DNA from: Phoronis australis
Taxonomy: Eukaryota; Animalia; Phoronida
Direction: 5' to 3'
Length of the DNA stretch: 64,000 nt
Assembly (NCBI GenBank): GCA_002633005.1
Contig: NMRA01000231.1
Location: 144,473-208,472 of the forward strand
Each line of letters opens with the position of its first letter. Position 1 is the first letter of the stretch. The notes under the pieces are model-generated. The model saw only the letters and a program-made list of their open reading frames with translations. It made no database searches and was not told the DNA's origin. The position numbers were made by a program, and so were the translations under genes. Below, piece after piece: positions 37,990 through 51,499 of this stretch.

Positions 37990-38880
37990 ATTTGATCATG
38001 TGACCAGACATTTTTAGTAAAATTTAGCAAACAAGAAAGGTGCAGTCACAGTGGAACAAAAGTAGAGATAACGTGACCAATTCTCGTCTGATACAAATGT
38101 TCAGGATGAAATCTCAAAAATACTATTACAAACTTTAAAATCATTTGATTTTCACTTTATGCAACTGGGTTAAAACCATATCCGCCTTATATTTGACAGC
38201 TTCTCATGCAAAACTAGAACATTACGAAAACCAGTTCCTAAAAGTGCTTCGGAGAACAGTGCGTAAGACACAGTACCTGGAAGTTTTATGTGAATACGAT
38301 CAGTTGTTTCTGAGATGTTCCGTTTAACAACTTTGGAAATGTTTCTAGGGTCTTTAAGGTTACAGAGGACCTGGCTGACTTTTCAGTGTATTTAGTCAAA
38401 TACCTACAGAACTATAGACAAAAACTCTGTCAGTAAAGTTATTTTCTGAAAGTAGAAAGTCTGTAGAATTTGATTTTTGGATTAATAGAAATTTGCCATT
38501 AGTTGGGTCACATGTAGTTGGGTCACATGACCATATCTTTTTAGTAAAACTGAGGAAATAAGAAGAGTGCATCCATCCGTGACAAAACAACAGTATCAAT
38601 AAAACGACCAAATTTTGTTCAATATAAATTTCAAGATGAAACCTCAAAAACGCTGTTACGGTTGTCTAAAGTCTTGTTCTGTTTTTGTTTCATGCAACTA
38701 CTTCTCAAAAATCATAAAAGTCCTGTTTTTAACAGCCGTTTGTGCAAATGTGGAAAATTCTAAAACCAATTTCCAACATCGTTTTGGAGAATTGTATAAA
38801 GCATGCCATCTGAAAGTTTCATACAGATTCAATCAGCAAAGGTATGATGTTCCGAATTTTTGCCAAATTTGGTCATTTTC
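37990..38880. repeat. Two diverged ~330-bp direct repeats (37995-38322 and 38522-38855)
   Basis: Collinear shared anchors tgacca...tttttagtaaaa, tca.gatgaaa.ctcaaaaa, atgcaact, aaaacca.ttcc, ggagaa, aagttt.at, gatgttccg. Likely decayed DNA-transposon halves. Confidence 0.7.
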
Positions 38881-39889
38881 AAGGGTTCCACATACCCATA
38901 AGGGGTCCAACCAAGAATACGGCAACCATGCATTACTGTTAATTTCCTTCAAATGAGGTGGAACGGTGAAAAGAAAATTCTCAGCAAGAGTAGAAACAAG
39001 AAGAAAACTTCATATAGAACGGCTATGCATCAACAAACACACGGTGAGATTTTGGGCATTTTTGGCAATACTGTGAGAACTGGAAAAACAAACGAATGAC
39101 AATTTTGGTTATTGTTTTTGTTCAAATGTTGAGGAAACTAGTGCACTGTTGCCACCATGAAGCCCAATTGATTAACGAGACGAGGAAATGAGCCTATGCG
39201 GCAGTACATTGGGAGCAAAAAAAAATATCTGTGATTTGTTAGATACAGAACCTCTGATATCATGAACTAAATCACAACTCTTCATTCATTAACCGGTAGT
39301 TAATTTAATCGCTGAATTTGTACTCTTGAAGTATATCTGACAGTTCTCTTCCGTTCCGAGTAGTCAAACTTTCCCCATCACAGACCGCGCATGCACGCGA
39401 TGTCGTCACGAATATCATGAGCTCATGAGTCTGCACTTCATTACACATGCAAAACAATTCTGTTCAAAACTAACACAAGTTTTTCCTCATAAACTATGAT
39501 TCATGAGCGAAGAAACAGTGTGCCTAGAAACAGAATTGTGGTGCATGAGAAAAGAAATGCAGATCAAGACAAAAGCGCTGCTAAAGTTAGGTAAGGTAAT
39601 TCGCCGTACTATGAAACTGATTTTTATTGACAATACACCTTAATATTGTCAAAATCAATAAATTAAGATCCCCCACCACTTGTAAAATCTATAGATTTGT
39701 TTACACCCTCCTTTAGCCTACTAAGTATATTTGCCGTGAAGTTTCAGGCCGTCATTTCTCCAGACATGACCGTCAGTGATGAGTACTTTTTGGAATTCTT
39801 GACGCTCCGCGAGGACTTTTCAGTTCCCAGACCAGCATTCTCTGGAAGTCAGTTTTCATCGTAAAATCAACAATCCCATTTATACATAC

Positions 39890-39960
39890 CAAATTAAGTG
39901 GCTTCGCCTGAATAGGACTTGGCTTGAGTTTGGCCAAGAGACCACCATTTATCCCCAATC
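39890..39960 (-). CDS. POU2F1: POU2 coding exon 2
   Basis: (G)LGINGGLLAKLKPSPIQAKPLNL; tttgtttcag| ... |gtatgt. Phase 1 in and phase 0 out bridge exon 1 and the 34.6-kb exon exactly. Confidence 0.72.
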
Positions 39961-41860
39961 CTGAAACAAAAGACCGCGATTTGAAATACTTGAAATGATC
40001 ACCAGCACTAACCAAACATGATGCAATTCAAACAGCATACCTGTTGATAAATTCCAAGATTTAACATTACAGACTTACCTATAGATTAGAATCTTTATAA
40101 ACTATAATAAGAAAGCATGAACTACTACAAGGGAAAATCTCACAAAGCACAAGCAGGCAATGAAATCTCATCTTTGCATAAGCTTGCATTAAAAGAAATG
40201 TAGCTCCCTTCCCATGTTCAAGCTCGCCAACACACTCAGTAATTGCTAGACAACATGTTGAGAATTATGCATATTCACAATAATGTTAGAACACCATGAT
40301 GAAAGAATGGAAACCTTGGTATTGTCTAAAATTAATGAAATTTTACTGTAATTTGAATCACGACATTGACACAGCAGGGCATTCAGATGAACACCGACCA
40401 CGTTTCGAACAAATTGGCAGGAATACTACAAAACAACCTGTGCTGGCAGGATGGAATTTCTTCGTATCATGGCTGGAACCCAGAGCAAACATTTTACGTG
40501 AACGTTGGTTAAACACCACGATCTTCAATGTACATGGTTGACATGCACTAGTCAATTTGCATCAACGTGAGGAAAATGAATAGTACACATGCCAATATCA
40601 AAGGGGTGTATGTGCAAATTAGCTAGGGACTTAATGTCATGCAAATCTGAACACAGCAGAATGTAAATTAAATAGAATTATTCATGAGGTAGCATAGACA
40701 TGACTTTAACACACAGCACTTTATAAATGTCAGGCCACCACTGGTTTCAAAAACTTACAAAATGCCAGGCTAATGTGGTTGTGATTGAATTTACAAGCAA
40801 ATGATGTTGAGGGGTGTATTGAATAGATGAATAACCTATAGATATATGTATATATATAATGTACTGATTTAAACATTGCTAAATTCTCTACTTAGTAAAT
40901 TTGCGAACTAATGGAATTTGCAGGAGAATATTTTGAGAAGAGTTTTTAGCATACTATAAAAAACTTGATTCCCAGAAAACTATTCCATTGAAAGGATAGG
41001 AATGCACTACATATAGTTTGGGTTTTAGACACTTTCTGGTAGATAGGAAATTCTGCAAAATCATCAAGTATTGTTGTCAAGGTCAAATGAATACTGCAAA
41101 TGACTTAGTTAAAAACAATGGATTCGAGTAATGGTGACGAATCTATAGACAAACAATACTTTAAACCTAAATAACTTGTTAGTGATATGAAATCAAAATG
41201 CAAAATGATGTATTCCTCAAGACATGAATGGGGAATGGGGTTACACAATGCTGCCGCAAATGAGCGTTTGGCTAATAGTGTAGTATTTATATTGACGCTC
41301 TCTAGAGTAAGGACAGAGCACAAAAGTGACTTCTGATTGACCCGGACTCGGATTTGGTGGACAGAAATTCAATCACATTTCTTTTCATGAGCCGCATTTA
41401 CTGTCACGAAGCAACTAGCACGGAGCAGCATATCGGGCATAAGTGTGTGTAAACATGACTGACAAGGAACAAGGTGATACCGCAGTGGTCATTTTTGGCA
41501 CCAGTTTGAGAAGCAGAGCAAATTGTACTGGATCAGTTGATCCAGTGCTAACTATATACACATCTAAACACAACTGAGGCAGGGTGGGAAGGGGTCATCT
41601 TTCAATGCACTTGAACAATAGCATTGGGTGATCTGCAGGCAATCCACATGACTTAGAAGTTGGCTTTTGTTTATTTGTGTATGCGGTGTGCACCAACAGT
41701 CTTCCTGCAAATGCAAATGACTCCTGCTATCTAACACCATGTAAATGCGACTTAAGTGGAGCAAATCGCATTGTGACAACTCACACCATGACAGCAGTTC
41801 CCCATGTAAAAACAGCTATGGTGACTACCTTCTCAATTTGTGGGCGACAGTTTCAGGGTT

Positions 41861-42240
41861 ACCATAGAATCATACGCACAAGCATCGCATCTTACGCACA
41901 AGCCACCAACAAACCTATGAATCGTGCATACGAACCCACAAATCATGTATACAAACCCAAAAAATCACACATACAAACAAAAATCATGCGCACAAACCAC
42001 AAAAATCACACATACGAACACTAAATCATACGCACGATCATTCGTTCGTGCATGTGCTTCAAAGCTCGTGAGTATGATTTTGTTGTTTGTATACATTGCT
42101 GTGATTCGTACGCATGTGATTTTTGGGTTCGTATGCATGATTCATGGGTTCTTATGCACGATTCGTAGGTTCGTAAGTGGTTCGTGCCTAAGATGCCATG
42201 CTTGTGTGTACGATTCTATGGGTGTGTATGATTCTATGGT
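41861..42240. mobile_element. Foldback-type MITE built from ~21-bp subrepeats
   Basis: Ends accatagaatcatac / gtatgattctatggt. The left half repeats aatca(t/c)..atac(a/g)aac.c; the right half is its reverse complement. Confidence 0.85.
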
Positions 42241-44553
42241 TTATAGTTCCCCTCAGTCTGTAAGCAAGTGGTTTTGTCAAGTTACTGTCTATAGATGTCC
42301 AGCTTAAAAATTTTAAGTACATTCTCTTGGTAAATGAATCATTAGCATTGAATTGATTGCACTGTAACCTACATTCAAGAAAGCAGACCACAATTTTCAG
42401 CATGCTGCTGCTTCACTCACAGGTCCAAATTATTGATAATTTCAAAGTGAGCACACTTCAACTGAGGTAACATTATTTTACTGTTAGAATGAATTTAATT
42501 TGACATTAGGATATTGTCAATAGTTGAAGCAGTATAGGGGTCTTAGCAATAGGCTATGGTAGGTAACATGTTGAAAGCAGGTAAGTGGTGATTTATAACC
42601 CAAGGCATCAACTGAGTGTTTATGGTAATTATCAGTAAGTCATATAGTTCACCCTTAACCATAGTCAGCCTGTGTTTACCCTATGCATAGCTCTGTATGG
42701 TATTAATCAAGGCTGAGGAAATCAATGAATGGGTGTGTTAGCATTTGATAGGCAGTCTATTGTCATGTTTTTGAATGGGATACCTCAAAGGAAGTGGGCT
42801 CTAAATAAACTTTTATATCAGATAACATTCCTAACTTTAAAAGGGCAGCTGAATGTTATATAGTAGAACTGAATCAAAAACTGAACAAAACTTGGTCTCC
42901 CTCCAACAGCAAGACTTACTGCATAGTTTTACTACCACTGATAAACACACTTGTCAAATAATTTAAGAAAACTCTCACCAGTTTCAGACAATAAGTGCCA
43001 AATTTGATCCGTTTTTCATTTTTCAAAGGTTTCTCAACCTTGTTGCGAATGCTCAGAATTTTATTATGGTAGCTACGGTTTAGAACTTCAAAATAATATC
43101 TATACTTTATCAAAAAATGAAAAAAAAAATCATTTGCCCGCCATATTATGGCCTAAAGTGATGAAAGTTCACCATAATCAAACTTTAACAGAATTTGTTC
43201 CCCTTATTGGTGCAGTGAAAAATTTAATTGAGTAATTCTAATGGAATATCCAAAAGCCCTAGAATATATAAAAACCCTATATATGATAAACACATCAAAA
43301 CCTTCAATTCAACATGAAAGAACAATCATGTCAAGCCTGCCCAAATGCAAAACAACATAAATTAAAGCAAAGGCAGTGAAATTGCTATAAAATAAGAATT
43401 GCATGTACCATCACATAAAATCAATGCACGGAGCACTAACAAGTTAATCTTCGTACTTTTGGTTCAAAAGGAACCAACTCTGTCGACAATTTCCAATTAG
43501 GCAGACTCGCTTATGGCGCATAGATGGATGACCAGCGAGTTCTATTTTAGTGACTGAATTCATCAAAAATGATCCCGTGCTTCACAGACAATGTAACAAA
43601 CTTTCACTTCAATTCATGTAAGGTAAAACTGTCACCAATTTAGGACACAGTAGGGCTGGCAAGTGGAATTATGTATTCAAGGCCAGTGAAAACGACCAAT
43701 TATGGCAAGTGTTTTGATCGAAATTTGTGTGTTTTTACCGTACACAACGAGACCAATTGGGAATGCTGCCAGAAAATGGTCAAATTCAACAATTAGCCAG
43801 TATGGTACAGGACCTTTAAAATTAAAGGACCAAAACTGGTTTAACGGCTGAAAACGTATTTTGGGATTAGTATACTGGATTAGAACGATTTCTTGAAGGT
43901 ACAATAAAACAACGAATTTTGTTATGTTCTTGTGAACTGAATACAAATCACCAACTCCACTAGCTGCCAAACAATCAACGAAATCAAGGTGAGGGACTTC
44001 ACCAGTTAAATATACCTGGCTACAACAGCAGAGTGTTGAACTTTGACCGCGAAGGTTGAGCATTTGATCCTCGGTGCCTTGAGACTGATCTCAGACAAAC
44101 ACTTTTCTCCCAAATGTCTCAATGCTAATACCAATACAGCACATACCCGTTTTTATTCACTTTTACTAAATGTTTGCTCTGAGCACTATTTTTAACGACT
44201 CCTTCATCAATACAACATAAACCAAGAAGTAATCAGCCCTCAATGTTTTGTATCCACCTGTTAAGTCAGATATTACAAAACAAGTAATTCCATGAGTAAA
44301 GAATAATGGAAACAACTATTCCATAGGTCTGAGCTTGAAATTAGTCTTATCAGCAAACCATATTAGCTGGGGTTTCAAACTTCCCAGAACTAATTGCGCA
44401 CTCATCAAAAATAGTCTAAGCAGGGGGAGCTTATAAACATGGCAAAACACGATGACTTCGGATGTGCGCCTCAGAGCCAATTAAATTTAAAAAAAACTTA
44501 AAGAACTGTTTCATATTTCATTAATGATTGTTGAATCCACAGGACGCAATCTA

Positions 44554-44977
44554 TGTCCCGTTTAGACATCAACTTTTGGCTCTGGCGCAACTGACACGGA
44601 GCAAATTGACCAGTGTAAAGCAGCCGTTTACACACACCACTCACTAACCGTGGCAAGACGGAAATTAAAGGCTGGAGAGACTGGATCACACATGCGCAGG
44701 TTTACAAATGACGAGAGTTGCAGAGACAAAGAACCCCTACGTAGGTCATTGCACAAGCGCAGTAGAGATGATCCTTTCCGCCTTGCTCCAGTTTCGCATT
44801 TAGACTTATAATTGACACGGTGCAAGATGTTCGGGCGCAAATTGCTCTACCTCACAAACGGGAGGCAAAAATTTGTCACCACGGTGTCAATTTGCTCTGT
44901 GTCAGTCCGTTTACACACTGGAACAACTTGTTCCATGTCAGTTGATTCACGTCAACTTTGTAAGTGTAAATGGCACT
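44554..44977. mobile_element. Palindromic MITE (PIF/Harbinger-like ends)
   Basis: gtcccgtttagac ... gtgtaaatggcac ends; inner inverted pair ctgacacggagcaaattgac / gtcaatttgctctgtgtcag. Confidence 0.65.
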
Positions 44978-47616
44978 TTAGTCGGATAATAAGCATTTTG
45001 TAGCCTGATTTAAAATGCATACAAAAAGCTGTTAGGATATGGGGGAATAAGAGATGAGGGCAAATGGGTTCTTCAAAGACATATGCTAACTGATCGTAGG
45101 CTTTGATCTTGTTGATTCCCATAAAAGGGCAAGTATTCTAACTTCTCAACATGTAAATAACAGCTAACCTCGCATAGACTTCAAAATTTCATACTGCCCA
45201 ATCACTGCTTCTTCTCGTCACCTTATCATCAAACTTATATTGATCAGAGTAATAACCGGCGGCATGAATGCAAAATCTGAAAGTCAACCGGGACTCACTT
45301 TGCCCATTACAATCCCTCAAGTGAAAAACAATTAATTTAATAAACATTTTTTGCGTGTATATAATTCTACGGGTTTAATCACAATGAAGTTTTGTCGTTG
45401 ACTTGAAAACAGTATGCCTGTGACATACAAGTACCTATGCGTTATTTGCCAACATTTTTGGGGATATGATGAAAGCTTCGACAAAGAGAATTTTTCTCAG
45501 CAGTTCTGTTTAGAGTTAAAATACTAAAAACTTAAATAACAAAGTGTAACCAATCCCGATAATTTGACATGTATGCTATAACTGCAGGGATATACTTAGC
45601 CACTCGCCCAGTTGCCAATGTGAGTAAAAATGGTGCTGGGCGAGTAGAAGTTGACTTGCCGGTCGTCCAGGTGGCGAGCGAATTTTCAGAGCACAATTAA
45701 AACACTATATCGTTTCCCAGATGAACATGAATAAATTTTCTCCTTGTGTTGTTTTTATCCTGAATTTAAGGTTCAGTTTGGTCAGCGTGTCAATGCTGCG
45801 GCAGTAAAAAACATATCGGCACAGTGCGATCCCACCGATTCAGTAGACGTCGCCCATTACACGATTCTGCTGTACTTTTTGTTTGTTCTCTTTCAATAGA
45901 TTTGGTAAGTGAACTAACTCTCAATTCAAAGTACTTTTTATAAACCTGACAAGTCATTGAAATGTAGTGTACATACCCCTGTGAAGTGTACGTACCAACA
46001 ACCTCTGTGATATAAAGTATTGGCCACAAGTATTTTTACATACTGCTGTTCTCATGAACAATACTGATATTTCCAAAATGCATCCAGTCTGACAAAACAA
46101 AAAAAACAATGGACATTATTAAATTTGTGGGAAATAAAATGCCACACAGGTCTTGGCTAGTAACATCATAGAAGACATGTCATGTGACAACTGATGTTGC
46201 AGAGGCAGGTTCTCTATCTCTCAAAACAACTTGCAACAAAACAACTTGCAACAAAACAACTAGTAGAGGCAGCACCCATACATTTGTAATTTAGCCAAAA
46301 TTTGACGTTGATTGACCGTGCGTAGTGTACGTACCCCCCAACCAGTACCATTTTTTACTGTTTACAAGTTGAACACTGGGCCTAACATTGCTTTAACTAT
46401 TTTGACCAACTGGTGAATGTGTTGAAAACTACTCAAATAGCACCAATAAAGTTTTTGAAAAAAGTAGTTACCTTACCTGTCATTTTCTTTTTGTAAGAAT
46501 CATATTGCAAGAGAAGAAGTTACCATTATACTGTGTTAAGACATGCAATGTATCATCATCTAGAACAACTTGATCAGCACGGTAATAACTTTTCTTACTT
46601 TAGTATGTAATACTTCTTCAGTTTGATCAAGAACTTGCTAAATTAACAGCTACTTCATGAATTTTTGCATGATAGAATTGGGCTGTGACCAAAAGTTGAA
46701 GCGTACGTACCCTTTTATGCAACTGCCATGCATTAGGCCATAAAATTTTATTTGGTGGTTCTTGTGCAAAAATATTTTAGATTACAAACCTGGAATGATG
46801 GTACTTTAAAATAACCCAGCTTTTACAGTTATACGACAACCTTCATTTTTCACCAAAAGTGGCTACCGAATATGGACCTTGATTATGTCCATATATATAA
46901 TGGCAAATTTTCAAAATGCATTAACCCATAATTTTCGTTATAAACAAACACCACAGTGGTATTCAGCTGGAAAAAACAACCAAGTGCGGTTTTTGATTTT
47001 TAAAAATCGATGAACCAATAATCTAAAAACTACACCCATTGGGTACGATAGAAGATAAACTATCGCGCGTATTGATATACTCGGTAGATATACAAACGCT
47101 GATCAGAGTTAACAATTATCCCTGTTTAACCAGATTTTTGACCAGGAAACAGTTGTTGTGTCCACTTTTCATTATTTATTACTGACAAAGAGCTAGAATA
47201 GTTATATAGTCAGTGCCACCGAAACTGTTCAGAGATTGCAAATCTTCAGTTTGGTTATCACCATATTTGCACTTATGTATATATTTTATGATTTGAGTTC
47301 TAATAAAGATTAAACTTTAATGACATGTGAAATGTTTACTGTACCTGTAATGTGGTAAGTTTAGGGATGGGCTCACAATGAACTTAACTAATTAAGTTTA
47401 GCTGGCAATCAAAATCTACCACTGTTTTGGTACTTCAAGTTTAAAGCTTAGATAAAAAATTATCAACCCGTTCTCGGTAAAAAAAACAAGTGGGCAGAAG
47501 CATTAAAAATTAAATAAAGAAAACCAATATGAAACTTAACATTCTTTTGGGAAGTGGCCCTTTGTGAAGATAAACACAAGTTAACCTTTTTAGTCATTGA
47601 ATAATATTTATAATGT

Positions 47617-49189
47617 CAGTGGCGGATCTACGTTTTCAGCAAGGGGGGTTTAGGATTCCCGCAAAGGTCGAATCCGAGGCACGTGGCGCCGAGCAGGGGG
47701 GTCGGGTAAACCCTCTCCTGTGTAAGACAACATTTTGTTTTTGTAGCCAAACAGTGAAATTTCCATGCATCCTCGTACGTTTCTGGCACTTAACATGTCC
47801 CTGGAGTTTTTCTTACGATAATTAAAAACCCTTCTCGATTTGGTCACGTGAACTTGGCTCATAAGTTTCGTGAAACCATATTTGTGCACATCTGGGTATG
47901 AGTCACACCACCAGCAAAAATTTTGTTGGAACATCTGCTTACACACACCTCTTTAGCATACGAAAAAGTGTGGTGTATATACAGGGGCTTAGACAACTAC
48001 CAAATATTCAAGAGCATAAGGAGCTGCACCGACGGGGCGTAAAAACTTGAATATCAGATGATCGCAACAGCCTCAAGCTGTTTAAGAATGAAGACCTGTT
48101 CTGTTAGTCCGGAAATAAACATGTGTTCTGTATCGTTGCGAGAAAAACTGGCGAACGATGGTGCTCTCAGCTTATAGTCTTTTATTAAAAGCGACAATAA
48201 TCAATTAAGTATCACTTTATTAAGCTGAATCACGCTGACAACAATTGAAAAACGTCAAATGTTTCAGGAAAAAAATCCTCTGTAAACAGTTTCACGAAAC
48301 CAAAACATTCTGTACACCGTGGTGAAAAGATATATCGGGAGCAGTTCGCAGAGGGACCAGATGTACACTGAGAGTACACAAAATCTCTGGCCTGGTCCGT
48401 CACGAGACCAAAAGTACACCTATGCTTATTGTCCCTATAAAAATAGTCGATCTGTCGCGGGACCAAACAGTACTGGCTGAGATAAATAGTTTTACAAAGC
48501 ACACTTTGNACTCGCGACCAGACCACGGTGCCCGCCACAACAGCAATTCTTCGGAAAACGAATTTTTTTCAAAAGTATTACATGTACACTGTATGATATT
48601 GCGCAAGACAACTTTACTATACACCAGTTACAAACGTGTGGGGTGTAATAGGATGACACGGCATGACAGATAAGGTAAAAACGTTGCACATCAATTAGCC
48701 TGAATATCAGGGTTGCGGCACCACAGTATTTCCCCTAATCAAATCAAAACATATCTTAGAGTAAAGAAACTAGTTACCTAAAGAAATCAGCTATAGAGCT
48801 GCTCTTTCAGCGGTGGATTCATCTAAAATGCTTGGCTAGTCTACTTCAGAAGTGTCGACGGAAGCGCGCGCACAATTGATCTCCAGGGTTTTGCCGATGA
48901 GCCACGAAGACTCGAAATGCGTTGATTTTCATAACAGCAACTCACAATGCAAAACAATATATTTTCAGAGTGAACCCCCCCCCATTTTTTTCCAAGTTGG
49001 TTTACTTGGGGTTTACACACGCTGGCGTTGACTTTTTTGTTTTGCTGGAGATGTTTTCTTTTTTTTAATTTTTGGGTCCTGGCCCGAGGAGGGGTTTAAA
49101 CCCNNNNNNNNNNNNNNNNNNNNNNNNNNNNNNNNNNNNNNNNNNNNNNNNNNNNNNNNNNNNNCCCCCCCCCCGTAGATCCGCATCTG
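47617..49189. mobile_element. 1.57-kb non-autonomous DNA element (CAGTGGCGGATC family) with 5-bp TSD
   Basis: TIRs cagtggcggatctacg / cgtagatccgcatctg (14/16); aatgt directly flanks both ends; contains a small N gap at 49104-49163. Confidence 0.7.
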
Positions 49190-51251
49190 AATGTACCAAG
49201 TTAAAACTACTCTCCAGAGTTGCAGGCTATAACTCTGCAAATGTCAGAGAAAACCAAATTGGGGTATTAACAACAACCATTGTTAGCAATTACCTTTCCA
49301 CTTCGTTAGCTCAGATCTACATCAATACAAAGGGCCTGCTGAACAGGCATCCAAAAAGTTGTCTGGGACTTAGGGAATCAGAGCTGTCACCAGAATAAGC
49401 GAGAAATTCTCTACATGTTGGCGGTGTGAGCGCATGCTAATTCAATGTTTGCTGACAGAAAGTTGTTGTGAAACAATATCTCGATTGTATATCATATGGT
49501 CAGATGTTAGGAGAATCTTTGTTTAGATATTCATATACATTATTCGAATCATTCAATTGTTACTGTGCAACTTTTGCCCTGATGGTTTTGCTGTGGAAGG
49601 GTAACCTGACTTCGCGGCCCCCAACGAGCTAGTAAGTAGATTTGCAGTTTTGCATCTTATTCACCAAAATAATCACGTGCACATTATTTCTTTGGCTCAC
49701 TAGTATAGTCTTTTCGTGACTGGAAGTTTAGTTGCTAACTTTGGCTGGTTTATGATCGTGATGTCTTCAGGCCGGCCGCGATGGGTCTGATCGGGTTCCC
49801 AGCCACTGGCCGGGATAACAAGCGTTTTTGTGTGTTTAGAACTGAAAAAAATCGCAAGTCTAAAATTACAACACACAGCTATGTTCCCCTTTTTGTATTT
49901 CACGGACGAATAATTTGAATTTATCACCGAACACTGGGCCCAAAACTCCCGCGACCGTCCTTGGTAAATTGGCCTACTGAACTACAGTTCCAATACCTAT
50001 AAATCCGTAACAGCGAAATAAACACATTAATTGTTCAATAACTCGATGTATTTGTAAGGGTTTTATATCGAATTTTGTTGATTTTTTGGTGTAAAACATT
50101 GAATTCAACGGATAAGCTGACACCAGTAAGCCTGTTGTGAGCTGCTGAACAGACGGCGTTCGAACCTCTGACGTCATTGGTTAATTTCAACACCTCCGTC
50201 TGTCGTCTTGTGTCAGGTAAAAGAACCGTACTTGCATTGCTGTTATCATTAAGTGGAACTACTCAATCTATTGCTACAAAATAGGTTGTTTTTTTGGGTG
50301 GCATTCTCCTTTAAGGATGATTTCAGGTAATTTGTTGAGTCAAAACTGTATTGTTACTCAAGAATACAAGTTGCCCTATTGACAATCGCAAGGCAGCGAC
50401 GCATCAGTTGGCAAGTTTTTGCCATGGGATTTCAGCACATTTTTTTTTAAAAAATCATAATTTAACAACAAGTTTGATAGCAATGCACCACAGTTTTGTA
50501 GAAAGTCTGTCATAGGTTACAGATACATCACAGCTCGTAAATTTGATTTCACCCGTTGTCGGAGACCGGGTTTCAACCGCCTTAGGCTATAACAAGCACC
50601 CTCCTTCGAAATGAATTTTTCTAAGCACCCTGAGCAAATACAAAAGCCCTTATAGATGGTGACATCAGCGCACGAAATGATGATTTTTACTGACCCTGGC
50701 AGCAAGTTTGCGGTGACAAACGAAAACGGCCGGGCGACTGAATTTCGGGCTGGGAGAGTAGATTTTCTGGCTCACTTGCCCAGCTGGCGAGCAGGGTTTT
50801 GAAACCTGGGTATAACCCTGAACGAACCGGTGGAGGAATAACACTTGATTGGAGAACTGCTGTGAAAAAAGAAATACACTAGTTCATGATGCCAATATCT
50901 AGTTGTGTGAGCAGTGTAAAAATGGCCAGTGTCCGATTTGGGTAACTGAACCAAGTTCGATTGTGGAAGTATATGTTCGAGTGGGGGAGAGTAATAGCCT
51001 CCCAAGGAGTCCCATTATAAACAAAAGATGCTTATAGTAACATGACTTTGATAGTTTTACCAGTGCAACGCATATTTTGTTGAAAGCTTCTGGGGGTGCC
51101 ATGGAAAGCCTATGGAAGACCACAAGGATATACTGTCTTTACTGGTGTAAAGCTGTATACTAAATATTCAGATTTGCGCTGACGTGGGTAAAAAAGTGGT
51201 AAGATAAAATCTGAAACAAAATTAGTGTCATTAAAAACTACAGTCTTCCTT

Positions 51252-51499
51252 CATGCGCGCACCCAGGGGGAGCTCGGGGGGCTCAAATGAGCCCCCCATT
51301 TGGCGAAATGGGCAAAAAGGTTCACCTCTGAGAAACAAAAAGTCCAAGTAAATGAGACAAAAGTCCACTAAACAAGCACAAATGCGAAATTCACAGTGGT
51401 GCCGTTTTTTTTTTTTAGTCCTCCCGCTTTTTTGTTACCAAAAGGTCCACAACGTCAGGAATTCGAGCCCCCCCATACTGAAGGCTGGGTGCGCGCATG
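51252..51499. mobile_element. Intact MITE with 15-bp perfect TIRs and 6-bp TSD
   Basis: catgcgcgcacccag ... ctgggtgcgcgcatg, with ttcctt on both sides. A second copy's start is at ~63958. Confidence 0.9.

Noticed and set aside
46477-46530. 54-nt AG/GT-bounded candidate POU2 cassette exon with strong donor
   Set aside because: It has two in-frame stops in the required phase. It could only be a poison or alternative first exon, and nothing supports that.
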